The notes under the pieces were generated by a model. It saw only the letters and a program-made list of their open reading frames with translations, had not been told where the DNA came from and did not search any database. From Dehalococcoidia bacterium (lineage in GTDB: Bacteria > Chloroflexota > Dehalococcoidia > SM23-28-2 > RBG-16-64-32): DNA of 64,000 nucleotides. The position numbers and the translations under genes are program-made. Where the stretch lies: positions 1,248,001-1,312,000 of the forward strand of contig CAXXTF010000002.1 in NCBI GenBank assembly GCA_963665775.2, in the 5' to 3' direction. Every line of letters starts with the position of its first letter. Position 1 is the stretch's first letter. Of this stretch, positions 27,327-36,817 are shown piece by piece.

Positions 27327-27446
27327 ACTACCATCATATCGCCCGGTTCCCGGAAGTATGCTTCCTCGCTGGCAGCCGGTGATAGGCCTTTAGGCGGCGC
27401 TGGTCGATGAGCGGAAGCGGCGCAGCCCGCTTGAACCGTCATCTAT

Positions 27447-27499
27447 CCACAAAATGTTGTGCCTGGGGGCTTGACAGGCACAACATGTAGTGCTATTCT
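27447..27499 (+). promoter_or_regulatory. Tandem NrdR boxes overlapping a sigma70 promoter
   Basis: CCACAAAATGTTGTGC (27447-62) and GCACAACATGTAGTGC (27478-93), 31 bp apart; TTGACA-N17-TATTCT. Confidence 0.88.
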
Positions 27500-27568
27500 G
27501 CCCAGTGCGCCTCCTCTCCGAGGGGCGCATCGGCACCTAAAGAAGCCATCGAGGATTCTGTCAAGCAA

Positions 27569-27591
27569 GTGGTGAGCCTGTCGAAGCCATG
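27569..27591 (+). repeat. REP-like copy abutting the nrdR start codon
   Basis: GTGGTGAGCCTGTCGAAGCCATG. Confidence 0.55.
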
Positions 27592-28176
27592 AACTGCCCG
27601 TTCTGCGATAACCCCGAATCGAAGGTGACGGACTCCCGGCCCGACGAGGCCGGCATCCGCCGCCGCCGCGAGTGCCTGGCCTGCGGCCGCCGCTTCACCA
27701 CCATCGAGCGGATAGAGCTGGCGGGCGTGGCCGTGCTGAAGAAGGACGACCGCCGCGAGGAGTTCGACCGGGCCAAGATCGTCTCCGGCGTGCGCAAGGC
27801 CTGCGAGAAGCGGCCGATCCCCTCCGGCGCCATCGAGGCGCTGGCCGACGAGGTGGAGCAGGCGGTGTACGGCCTGAACCGGGCGGAGGTGCCCTCCAGC
27901 CTCGTCGGGGAGCTGGTGATGGAGCGACTGCGGGCCCTGGACCAGATCGCCTACATCCGCTTTGCCTCCGTGTACCGGGCCTTCGCCGATGTGGAGGAGC
28001 TGGAGCAGGAGCTGGAGGCGCTGAAGGCGGGCTGGCCGCGGCCGGAGGTGCCGCCGGACCAGCTGGCCCTGCTGCCGGATGTAAAGACGAAGGCGCCGAA
28101 GCCGCGCCTCCTCCGCATGCGCCGGACGAAGGCAGCGGAAGGGGAGCCGGAGCGACGGGCCGGGGAGGCGAGGTAG
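27589..28176 (+). CDS. nrdR: Transcriptional repressor NrdR
   Basis: CPFC..RRRRECLACGRRFTT, ATP-cone, AYIRFASVY. Confidence 0.97.
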   Translation: MNCPFCDNPESKVTDSRPDEAGIRRRRECLACGRRFTTIERIELAGVAVLKKDDRREEFDRAKIVSGVRKACEKRPIPSGAIEALADEVEQAVYGLNRAEVPSSLVGELVMERLRALDQIAYIRFASVYRAFADVEELEQELEALKAGWPRPEVPPDQLALLPDVKTKAPKPRLLRMRRTKAAEGEPERRAGEAR

Positions 28177-28196
28177 TGAGGGGAGGTGAGACTAAA

Positions 28197-28370
28197 GTGG
28201 CGAAAATCCACATCAATAAGGGCTACGACGATCACAAGCAGGTCGAGGCAGACTACTGGCAAGTTGAGGACGGTTTCGTTGTGCTCCATAAGTTTACAAG
28301 CCAGGAGAAGACGGAGCAGGTCTTTGGCATGAGAGTACAGGATGTCTACTTGATCGAGAGAGAAGACTGA
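28197..28370 (+). CDS. 57-aa hypothetical protein
   Basis: GGAGGTG SD and GTG start; distinct codon usage. Confidence 0.55.
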   Translation: MAKIHINKGYDDHKQVEADYWQVEDGFVVLHKFTSQEKTEQVFGMRVQDVYLIERED

Positions 28371-28467
28371 CCACTAGCCATCCAGCAGCCTCGGAGGCGG
28401 ACACGGGCAGCTCGATGGCGTAAGAAGCGTAGTGACGCAGGTAAAGCGAGAAAGTGAGGGACCGAAG

Positions 28468-28689
28468 ATGGGCAAGAACGTACACATAGTGCCTCGTGAC
28501 GACGGCTGGGCCGTCAAGAAGGAAGGAAACGACCGCGCCAGCTCGGTGCACCCTACCCAAAGGGAGGCTATCGATGCCGGCCGTGACGCCGCGCGGAGAG
28601 AGGCGTCAGAGCTACTCATACACGGACAAGATGGACGAATCCGAGAGCGCGACAGCTACGGAAACGACCCATACCCGCCGAAGGGGTAG
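28468..28689 (+). CDS. DUF2188-domain protein
   Basis: HIVPRDDGWAVK..TQREAI..IHGQDGRIRERDSYGNDPYPPKG. Confidence 0.88.
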   Translation: MGKNVHIVPRDDGWAVKKEGNDRASSVHPTQREAIDAGRDAARREASELLIHGQDGRIRERDSYGNDPYPPKG

Positions 28690-28769
28690 GACTGAGGCCC
28701 ACCAGACCCATTTGGCGGCGGAGGCGGAGGGCAACCCAAATTCAAGCAAGTCCGACGGAGGCCAACCTA

Positions 28770-31703
28770 GTGACAGACGAGACAAAGATAGAACTGCGCG
28801 GAGTTGACGGCGACGGTGGAACAAGTATAGACCATCGCTATGACTCCGGTGAGTGGCGCTACCCATCTAATGCCGACGAACCAGCGCCCGCGCCTGACTC
28901 CACACTGCCCGACTTTCTGGACCCGTACTCCAACGGAGAGAGCGCCGGTCTGTCGGCAGAAGACTGCGTTGCGCAGGCGGAGGATATTCTCCGATCCATA
29001 TTTGAAGCCACCGCAGAGACTTCGGTATCGCCCCTGACCCTGCAGCGCCACTTCACCACACCGGGCGTCGACCCCTACGATGAGGTGCGGTGGAAGCTCC
29101 GCACCGCCCTCATCGTAGGGGTCGACGGCACCCCCGTGTTCGAGCAGCGGGAGGTGGAGTTCCCCGTCGCCTGGTCGCAGAACGCGACCAACGTCGTCGC
29201 CTCCAAGTACTTCCGCGGCCCCCTCGTGCCCACCAAGGGCGTCCAGCGGGAGCGCTCCGTCAAGCAGCTCATCGACCGTGTGGTGAACACCCTGACGGAC
29301 TGGGGAAGCCAGGGCGGCTACTTCAGCGGCCCGGAGGAGGCGGAGACCTTCCGCGCGGAGCTGAAGCACATCCTGGTCCAGCAGAAGGCCTGCTTCAACT
29401 CCCCCGTCTGGTTCAACCTGGGGATCGAGGAGAAGCCCCAGTGCTCCGCCTGCTTCATCCTCAGCATCGAGGACGAGATGGACTCCATCCTAGACTGGTA
29501 CAAGACGGAGGGGCGCATCTTCAAGGGCGGCTCCGGCTCCGGCATCAACCTATCGAAGCTGCGCAGCTCCAAGGAGCGGGTCGCCGCCGGCGGCCTCGCC
29601 TCCGGCCCGGTCTCCTTCATGCGCGGCGCCGACGCCATCGCCGGCACGATCAAGTCCGGCGGCAAGACCCGCCGCGCCGCCAAGATGGTCGTCCTCAACG
29701 TCGACCACCCGGACATCGAGGAGTACATCGACTGCAAGAGGAAGGAGGAGCGCAAGGCCTACACCCTGGGCGAGGCGGGCTACGACACCTCCCTGGATGG
29801 CGACGCCTGGATCAGCATCCAGTACCAGAACGCCAACAACTCCGTCCGCGTCACCGAGGAGTTCATGCAGGCCGTCCAGGAGGGCCGGGACTGGCAGACC
29901 CGCCTCGTGAAGTCCGGCGAGGTCTGCGACACCATCCCCGCCCGCGATCTGATGCGCCGGATGGCCCAGGCGGCCTGGGAGTGCGCCGACCCCGGCATCC
30001 AGTACCATACGGAGATCAACGACTGGCACACCTGCCCCAACAGCGGCCCTATCACCGCCTCTAACCCCTGCTCCGAGTACATGCACCTGGACGACAGCGC
30101 CTGCAACCTGGCCTCCATCAACCTGCTCCAGTACGTGGACGAAGCGGGGGCTTTCGACATCGAGGCCTACCGGCACACCGTGGCCGTCCTGATCGCCGCC
30201 CAGGAGATCATCGTCTCCAACTCCTCCTACCCCACGGAGAAGATCCGCCAGAACGCCTTCGACTACCGCCAGCTGGGCCTAGGCTACTCCAACCTGGGCG
30301 CCCTCCTCATGTCCCTAGGCATCCCCTACAACTCCGACGAGGGCCGGGCCTGGGCCAGCGCCCTCAGCGCCATCATGACCGGCCACGCTTACGCCACCTC
30401 CGCCGACATCGCCGCCCGCATGGGCCCCTTCGCCGGTTACGAGCGGAACCGCGAGCCGATGCTGGCCGTCATCGAGAAGCATCGGACGGAGGCCTACGGC
30501 ATCGACGAGGCGGAGCTCCCCACGCCCCTGCTGGCGGCGGCCCGCACCGCCTGGGACGAGGCGCTGGAACGAGGCCGCCAACACGGCTACCGCAACGCCC
30601 AGGCCTCCGTCATCGCCCCCACCGGCACCATCAGCTTCATGATGGACTGTGACACCACCGGCATCGAGCCGGACATCGCCCTCATCAAGTACAAGACCCT
30701 GGTGGGCGGCGGCCTCATGAAGATCGTCAACAACACGGTGCCCCGCGCCCTACGGCGGCTGGGCTACGACGAGGGGCAGGGCGAGGTCATCCTGGCCCAT
30801 ATCGACGCCACCGGCGGCATCGAGGGTGCTCCTGGCCTACGCCCGGAGCACCTGCCGGTGTTCGACTGCGCCTTCAAGCCGCAGAACGGCTCCCGCTACA
30901 TCGACTGGCTGGGGCACATCAAGATGATGGGAGCCGTCCAGCCGTTCATCTCCGGCGCCATCTCCAAGACGGTGAACCTGCCGGAGGAGGCCACCGTGGA
31001 GGAGATCGAGCAGGCGTACACCGAGGGCTGGAGGCAGGGCCTAAAATCCCTGGCCATCTACCGCGACGGCTCCAAGCGGACCCAGGTGCTGAGCACCACG
31101 CGGGAGGCGCCGGACCCGAAGCGTGCGGGCGAACCCACCCGGCGACGGCTGCCGGCCACCCGCGCCTCGATAACCCACAAGTTCTCCATCGAGGGGCACG
31201 AGGGCTACATCACCGCCGGTCTGTACGAGGACCGCTCCCCCGGCGAGATCTTCGTAACCATGGCCAAGGAGGGAAGCACCCTCTCCGGCATGGTGGACGC
31301 CTTCGCCACCTCCATCTCGCTCGCCCTGCAGTACGGCGTGCCCCTGCGCGATCTGGTGAACAAGTTCTCCCACATGCGCTTTGAGCCCTCCGGCCGCACG
31401 GAGAACGGCGAGATCCCCGTGGCCCAGTCCATCGTCGACTACATCTTCCGCTGGCTGGCCTCCCAGTTCCTCAGCGAGGAGGAGAAGGAGGAGTTCGGGG
31501 TGCTCTCGCCCGCTGTGAAGGCGAAGCTGATAGCTCAGGAGCAGATGCAGCCGGTAGCCGGCAGGGCCAACGGCGGCCCCTTCGACCAGGCTCAGGGCAA
31601 ACAGAGCGACGCCCCGCCCTGCTCCAACTGCGGCTGGATCATGATCCGCTGCGGCACCTGCTACCGCTGCGATAACTGCGGCACCACCACCGGCTGCGGC
31701 TAA
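28770..31703 (+). CDS. nrdJ: Vitamin B12-dependent (class II) ribonucleotide reductase with TSCPD domain
   Basis: FNSPVWFN, SACFI, SNPCSEY, APTGTISF, YRDGSK, C-terminal Zn-ribbon. Confidence 0.95.
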   Translation: MTDETKIELRGVDGDGGTSIDHRYDSGEWRYPSNADEPAPAPDSTLPDFLDPYSNGESAGLSAEDCVAQAEDILRSIFEATAETSVSPLTLQRHFTTPGVDPYDEVRWKLRTALIVGVDGTPVFEQREVEFPVAWSQNATNVVASKYFRGPLVPTKGVQRERSVKQLIDRVVNTLTDWGSQGGYFSGPEEAETFRAELKHILVQQKACFNSPVWFNLGIEEKPQCSACFILSIEDEMDSILDWYKTEGRIFKGGSGSGINLSKLRSSKERVAAGGLASGPVSFMRGADAIAGTIKSGGKTRRAAKMVVLNVDHPDIEEYIDCKRKEERKAYTLGEAGYDTSLDGDAWISIQYQNANNSVRVTEEFMQAVQEGRDWQTRLVKSGEVCDTIPARDLMRRMAQAAWECADPGIQYHTEINDWHTCPNSGPITASNPCSEYMHLDDSACNLASINLLQYVDEAGAFDIEAYRHTVAVLIAAQEIIVSNSSYPTEKIRQNAFDYRQLGLGYSNLGALLMSLGIPYNSDEGRAWASALSAIMTGHAYATSADIAARMGPFAGYERNREPMLAVIEKHRTEAYGIDEAELPTPLLAAARTAWDEALERGRQHGYRNAQASVIAPTGTISFMMDCDTTGIEPDIALIKYKTLVGGGLMKIVNNTVPRALRRLGYDEGQGEVILAHIDATGGIEGAPGLRPEHLPVFDCAFKPQNGSRYIDWLGHIKMMGAVQPFISGAISKTVNLPEEATVEEIEQAYTEGWRQGLKSLAIYRDGSKRTQVLSTTREAPDPKRAGEPTRRRLPATRASITHKFSIEGHEGYITAGLYEDRSPGEIFVTMAKEGSTLSGMVDAFATSISLALQYGVPLRDLVNKFSHMRFEPSGRTENGEIPVAQSIVDYIFRWLASQFLSEEEKEEFGVLSPAVKAKLIAQEQMQPVAGRANGGPFDQAQGKQSDAPPCSNCGWIMIRCGTCYRCDNCGTTTGCG
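31578..31602 (+). repeat. REP-like copy in frame in the nrdJ C-terminal linker (PFDQAQGK)
   Basis: CCCTTCGACCAGGCTCAGGGCAAAC. Confidence 0.65.
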
Positions 31704-31725
31704 TCACGCCACGCCTCCCTTTGCG

Positions 31726-31768
31726 CAGGAGGGGCGCTCCCGGCAGCCGGGGCGCCCCTCCTGTTTCT
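31726..31768 (+). terminator. Intrinsic terminator after nrdJ
   Basis: CAGGAGGGGCGCTCCCGG...CCGGGGCGCCCCTCCTG-TTTCT. Confidence 0.8.
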
Positions 31769-31824
31769 ACCAGACACCCCGCGCAGATATAACCTTTACT
31801 TTACCGGACCCTAACTTTGCGCCC

Positions 31825-31854
31825 TGTAACGGTTGTCAACTAGCGGCCATCCTA
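31825..31854 (+). promoter_or_regulatory. ECF-like promoter motif copy
   Basis: TGTAAC-N17-CATCCTA. Confidence 0.5.
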
Positions 31855-31926
31855 GATTGTTGCCACGCCCCGCGCCTCGGTGCGGTGGGCGAGCGACAGC
31901 GTAATCTGAGTCACTGAACCACACGT

Positions 31927-34490
31927 ATGGTGAAGCTGCGACGAATCCGAAGGCCGCCACTTAGGGGGTGACCCAAGATATCTCTGGTCTCCTCGGTCAG
32001 AGGGCGGATCGTCGCCGGTTTCGGGCTGCTGGTCATCATCCTCGCCGCCGGCGCGGCCGGCTCCGCTTGGCAGGCGCGGGCGCACCAGTCTGACCTGGCG
32101 GACATGGAGGAGCACGCCGCCTCGGCAACGGCGCTCCGCGACGGGAAGTCGAGTGGACTGGTGGCGCTGCTAACGCTTCAGTATTACGCCATCTCTGGCG
32201 ACGATACGGTAATTCCACTGATCCAGGAGAACCTGGCTACGATCGAAGAGAGCCTGACAGAGGCCCACGTTAATGAGGAGATCGCAAGCCTCGACGAGAT
32301 CACGGCTAGGGCCGCATCCCTATCCAAGATCGCCGAACTGGTGATCGCCCTGCGGCAGAGCGGCGATGCGGAGGGCGCGACGGCGGTCCTGGGCGCGGCG
32401 GTGCCTTCGCTTGAAGAGACTAGGCTTGAGATTAACCGCGCCATCGAATTCGAGCGCCAGGAGGTGGCGGCCCTGCGCGGCCGGGCCGATCGGGCGGGCG
32501 ACATAGCCTTCTGGTTTGCGGTCATCGGAGGCTCAGCGGGCGCTGTCCTGGCGCTGGCCGTAGCGGCCCTCATCGCCCGCTCCATCCTGCGGCCGCTATC
32601 CTCGCTGGAGTCGGCCGCCATGGCTGTGGCTGGGGGTGAGCTGGAGATGCGGGCACCTATTCAGGGGCCGCGGGAGCTAGCCTCCCTGGGCGCCTCCCTC
32701 AACCAGATGACGGAATCGCTGCTGGACGCCTCAAAGCGGCGGGAGCTGGAAGAGGGGCGCGAGCAGGCGGAGGAGATGTTCAAGACGCTAGCCAACAGCT
32801 CACCGATTGGCATCTTTGTCGCGCAGGACGGCAAATTTCAGTTCGTTAACCCCCAGTTCCAGACTCATACGGGCTACAGCGAAGATGAATTGCTGGATAC
32901 GGAATGTTTGAAGCTTGTCCTTCCCGAGGATCGACGTACTGTCAGGGAAAACGCGATAAAGATGTTGAAGGGCGAAGGCTCCTCCCCGTACGAATATAGG
33001 GTGAGCACCAAAGGCGAGGAGACCATATGGATTATGGAGAAGGTAGCTTCCATCCATTACCAAGGGAGAATAGCGACGCTCGGATACTATATGGACATTA
33101 GCGAGCGCAAGCGGACGGATGAGGAGTTGCGGCGGCTGAATCAGGAGCTGGAGGAGGATCAGCAAGACATCGAGAAGCTCAACCGCTCCCTGGCGCGGAG
33201 GGTGCGGCAGCGGACGGAGGAGCTACGGCTGGCCAACAAGGAGCTGCGTGACCGCAACCGCCAGCTCCTGGACGCCCGCGCCCAGGCTGCCACGGACTCC
33301 CTGACCGGCCTGCCTAACCATCGCGCCTTCCAACAGCAGCTCAGGGATGAGGTCTCCCAGGCGGAGAAGAACGGCGCCACGGTGGGCCTCATCATGCTTG
33401 ACATCGACGGCTTCAAAGGAATCAACGACTCAAAGGGCCACCGGGCCGGCGATGAGATTCTCCGCGAACTCGCGTCTACCATCGCCGACGGAGTGAACCC
33501 GGGGAAGGCGTACCGGTATGGGGGAGACGAGTTCGCCGTGTTGCTGCCCCGGGCGGACCGCAGGAAGGCCGCCGCGATCGCGGAGCGGCTGCGCAGGGCT
33601 GTGCTGAAACGGACGAATGGCGACGGCGACAAGATCACGATCAGCCTGGGCGTGGCCTCGTTCCCGGACTTAGCGGGATCGGCGGAGCAGCTTATTTACG
33701 GGGCAGACGCGGCGATGTACTGGGCGAAATCCCGCGGCAAGAACCGGGTCTGCGACTGGGCTGAGCTGCTCACGCGGAACACAGAAGGAACCGCCCCCTG
33801 GTACGTATCGAAGCGCAATTTCAAGACCATCGACGCCGCTAGCGCCCTGGTTGCCGCCCTGGCAGCCAAAGACCCAACAACCGGCGCGCATGTGGAACGC
33901 TGCTCCTGGTACGCCCTCATGCTGGCAGGGGAACTCGGACTGACGGAAAAAGAGACGTCGATTGCGCGTCTCGCCTCGCTCCTCCATGACGTCGGCAAGA
34001 TCGCTGTGCCTGACGAGGTGCTAGGCAAGCCCGGCCCTCTCAACGAAGAGGAGTGGGACCAGATGAAGCAACATCCCACCGCTGCCCTGCACGTGCTGAG
34101 CCAGATACACGCGATCACCGATGCCACCCCAGCGATCCTCCATCATCACGAGCGCTTCGACGGGTCAGGGTACCCGGATGGCCTGGCCGGAGAAGAGATC
34201 CCCGTGGTCTCCCGCATCCTGCTGGTCACGGACGCCTTCGATGCCATGACCATGGACCGCCCCTACCGGAAGGCGCTGTCCATCGAAGCCGCCATCGAGG
34301 AGCTGGAGGCCAACAGCAGCAGCCAGTTCGACCGGTGATCGTGGCGGCGTTCCTGAAGGCGCTATCGCGCCACGGGGCCCAGCCCCTTGGTCGCACGGCG
34401 GCATCCCTACGAGACCTGCAGGCGGCAGGGCCGCGTAGCGGCGGCTCTGGTCAGGTTAGCCAAACAACCGCGACCAAGACGGTCGGTTAA
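31927..34490 (+). pseudogene. TM-HAMP-PAS-GGDEF-HD-GYP signalling protein with two lesions (long ORF 32104..34338)
   Basis: YRYGGDEF, LHDVGK, HHERFDGSGYP; in-frame TGA at 31969 before TM1; frameshift near 34333 splits SQFD/PVIVAAFL. Confidence 0.75.
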
Positions 34491-34632
34491 GCTCAGCGGC
34501 GCCGTCTATCGTTTGAGAGCGGGCCCCTACCGTATTATCTAGGCCGTCTTCGACGGCGATGAACTCGTCCTCGTGGGGGAGATCGCCCGCTGGGGGAAGG
34601 ACACCTACGAACGGCTGGAGGAGCTATTCTAA
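34438..34632 (+). pseudogene. RelE/ParE-type toxin remnant
   Basis: LAKQPRPRRSVKLSGAVYRLRAGPYRII*AVFD...KDTY with TAG at 34540; N-terminus missing. Confidence 0.7.
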
Positions 34633-34683
34633 TGCCCCGCCTGCTATACTCTTCCCGAGATCGTACCGGCTCAAGGAGGTCCC

Positions 34684-34998
34684 ATGATCACCGTTCTGGC
34701 CCACCTCAGGCTATACCCCGGCAGGGAGGGCGAAGCCGACCAAGCATTCCTAGAGATGGCCGCCGCCGTGGAGGCCAATGAGCCCGGCGCCTGGATATAC
34801 ACCATGCACCGTTCGCACGATGACCCCTTAGATGTCTACGTCTACGAAGTCTACGAGGACGAAGAGGCGTTCGAGCTTCACATCAACACCTCCCACATTG
34901 AGAAGCTGCGGACCACGCTGGCCGACGTCGCCGATCCCACCTTCTCCAGCATCAGGGTGCTGGAGCCGGTCGCCGGATTCGCGCGGCCGGCCCCCTAA
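34684..34998 (+). CDS. Antibiotic biosynthesis monooxygenase (ABM) family protein
   Basis: AAGGAGG SD; EPGA..Y, YEVYEDEEAFELH..TSH. Confidence 0.85.
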   Translation: MITVLAHLRLYPGREGEADQAFLEMAAAVEANEPGAWIYTMHRSHDDPLDVYVYEVYEDEEAFELHINTSHIEKLRTTLADVADPTFSSIRVLEPVAGFARPAP

Positions 34999-35006
34999 CG
35001 TTCCGC

Positions 35007-35708
35007 CTACTGCACCTCCACACCAAGCGTCTGTCCCAGCCCCTCAGCAAACTCCCGCCACTCCTCAGAATCGGCCCAGCCCTCGTACCCCTCGTAGCCA
35101 GCCACCGCCAGCCGCTCCTCCTCCGGCCCGACGATCGCCCACACGGTGAACCGCTCCAGCGGGCCCTCCACCTCATAGCCCAGCTCCAACCGTCGCACCT
35201 CGACCAGCGATATCTGGCGACGCGACTTGCCGAAGAAGCGCTTCGACCTCGTCTCCACGATCTCGCCCGTGGCCTTATCCAGCACCACCTCCGTTCGGCC
35301 GGATCGATGCGCCAGCCGACCCATCTCGTCGCGCCCGGGGACGTTTCCCGACCGCCGCCCACCGGGTGCCCCCTCCTCCACCACCTCCAGGCCATACGTC
35401 TCGGCCACGGCCGCCGCCAGATCCTGAGCGCATTGCCGCTCGTTCTCGTTGATCGTGAGGTCGCCGCCACCCTCGTAGGCGAAGACGACCCGAGACAGCC
35501 GGCTGGACATCGCCTGGCCGGTGGCCGACTGCATGGGCGCCTGCGACCAGCGATGCCAGGTGACGGAGCGCACCGGTCGCAACCGCTCGGCGGCGTCCGG
35601 CTCTTCCTCCCAGCCCTTGCGGCGCCGTTGGTAGTGGCGCAACTCCCTGATAGCCGGGTCCCAGACCCAGCCGCCACACAGAAAATCGCTATCGTTAGGG
35701 GCTGCCAT
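35007..35708 (-). CDS. Hypothetical protein
   Basis: Coding-like codon bias; TGCTATACT -10 lies 7 nt before the ATG. Confidence 0.65.
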   Translation of the reverse strand: MAAPNDSDFLCGGWVWDPAIRELRHYQRRRKGWEEEPDAAERLRPVRSVTWHRWSQAPMQSATGQAMSSRLSRVVFAYEGGGDLTINENERQCAQDLAAAVAETYGLEVVEEGAPGGRRSGNVPGRDEMGRLAHRSGRTEVVLDKATGEIVETRSKRFFGKSRRQISLVEVRRLELGYEVEGPLERFTVWAIVGPEEERLAVAGYEGYEGWADSEEWREFAEGLGQTLGVEVQ

Positions 35709-35808
35709 GAGGCGCAGTATAGCAGACGAGGGCCCTGTCAGGGACAGCCCCCCGGACGGCCGCTATCACGGCCAGCCCGCTTGGGCTACACTAGCTCTGG
35801 AGCAGCCG

Positions 35809-36051
35809 ATGTTTCATGAGCCTGAGAAGCCACCGCCCTGGTGGCTGGAAACGTTCGTCCTGACGCGGGCGGTGTTTGGCGTGCTGATGTGGCCGCTGCT
35901 GGCCATCGTAGGCATCATCATCATCATCGCAGGGTTATTCATCGCCTTCAACGTTCATTGGGGATTGGGACTGCTGGGCTTGGCCCTCATCACCGCCGCC
36001 ATCTTCGCCTTCGCCCGCTGGGAGAAGAGCCGCAACCCACCGCTAGAGTAA
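35809..36051 (+). CDS. Small 2-TM membrane protein
   Basis: Hydrophobic hairpin; start placed at MFHEPE. Confidence 0.6.
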   Translation: MFHEPEKPPPWWLETFVLTRAVFGVLMWPLLAIVGIIIIIAGLFIAFNVHWGLGLLGLALITAAIFAFARWEKSRNPPLE

Positions 36052-36127
36052 CGTTACGATTCTTCGCCGGCATCGGCTGAGACCCGTCCGCCAGATTATA
36101 CCAGCGGGCCGCGCTATACTGGGCCCG

Positions 36128-36817
36128 ATGAGAGGCGACAGCATCGGGGAGCGGCTGCAGGAGGTGCGCTGCCGCGTAGACGGAGCCTGCCGGCGCAGCG
36201 GCCGTGCGCCGGAGGAGGTCACGCTCGTGGCCGTGACCAAGGGGTTCCCGCTGGAGACGATCCGCGAGGCGGCCGCGGCCGGCCTTCGGCACCTGGGCGA
36301 GAACCGGGTGCAGGAGGCGGAAGCGAAGCGCATTGCCCTCGCCGACTTGCCGCCGGACGTCATCTGGCACATGGTGGGCCACCTCCAAACTAACAAGGTC
36401 AAGACCGCCCTGGACCTGTTTGATATAATCCAATCCGTGGACTCCATCCGCCTGGCTAAAGCCCTCTCCAGACGAGCGTCCGGACCGGTGCCCGTCTTCC
36501 TGGAAGTGAACGTCGCCGGAGAATCCACGAAGTACGGCTTCTCCCCGGAAGCGCTCCCCCGGGCCGGCCAGGCCATCGCCTGCCTGCCCAACCTGGACCT
36601 GAGGGGGCTCATGACGGTGGCCCCACCAGTAGCGAACCCGGAGGCGGACCCGGAGGAAACGCGACCCGTGTTCCGTCGGCTGCGGGAGATGGCCCACTCG
36701 CTGGGCCTGCCGGAGCTGTCCATGGGCATGACAGGCGACTTCGAGGTGGCCATCGAGGAGGGAGCCACCCACGTGCGCATCGGCCGCGCCATCTTCGGGA
36801 AGCGGGAGCAAGCATGA
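36128..36817 (+). CDS. yggS: PLP homeostasis protein YggS
   Basis: LVAVTK, GENRVQE, GHLQTNKV, LSMGM, VRIGRAIFG. Confidence 0.95.
   Translation: MRGDSIGERLQEVRCRVDGACRRSGRAPEEVTLVAVTKGFPLETIREAAAAGLRHLGENRVQEAEAKRIALADLPPDVIWHMVGHLQTNKVKTALDLFDIIQSVDSIRLAKALSRRASGPVPVFLEVNVAGESTKYGFSPEALPRAGQAIACLPNLDLRGLMTVAPPVANPEADPEETRPVFRRLREMAHSLGLPELSMGMTGDFEVAIEEGATHVRIGRAIFGKREQA

Noticed and set aside
28770-31703. Intein or intron in nrdJ or recA
   Set aside because: Conserved motifs are contiguous; no splice-junction or homing-endonuclease signatures
31969-31971. Selenocysteine or recoded TGA in the signalling gene
   Set aside because: Non-catalytic position, no evident SECIS, TGA is used as a normal stop elsewhere, and a second lesion points to decay or error
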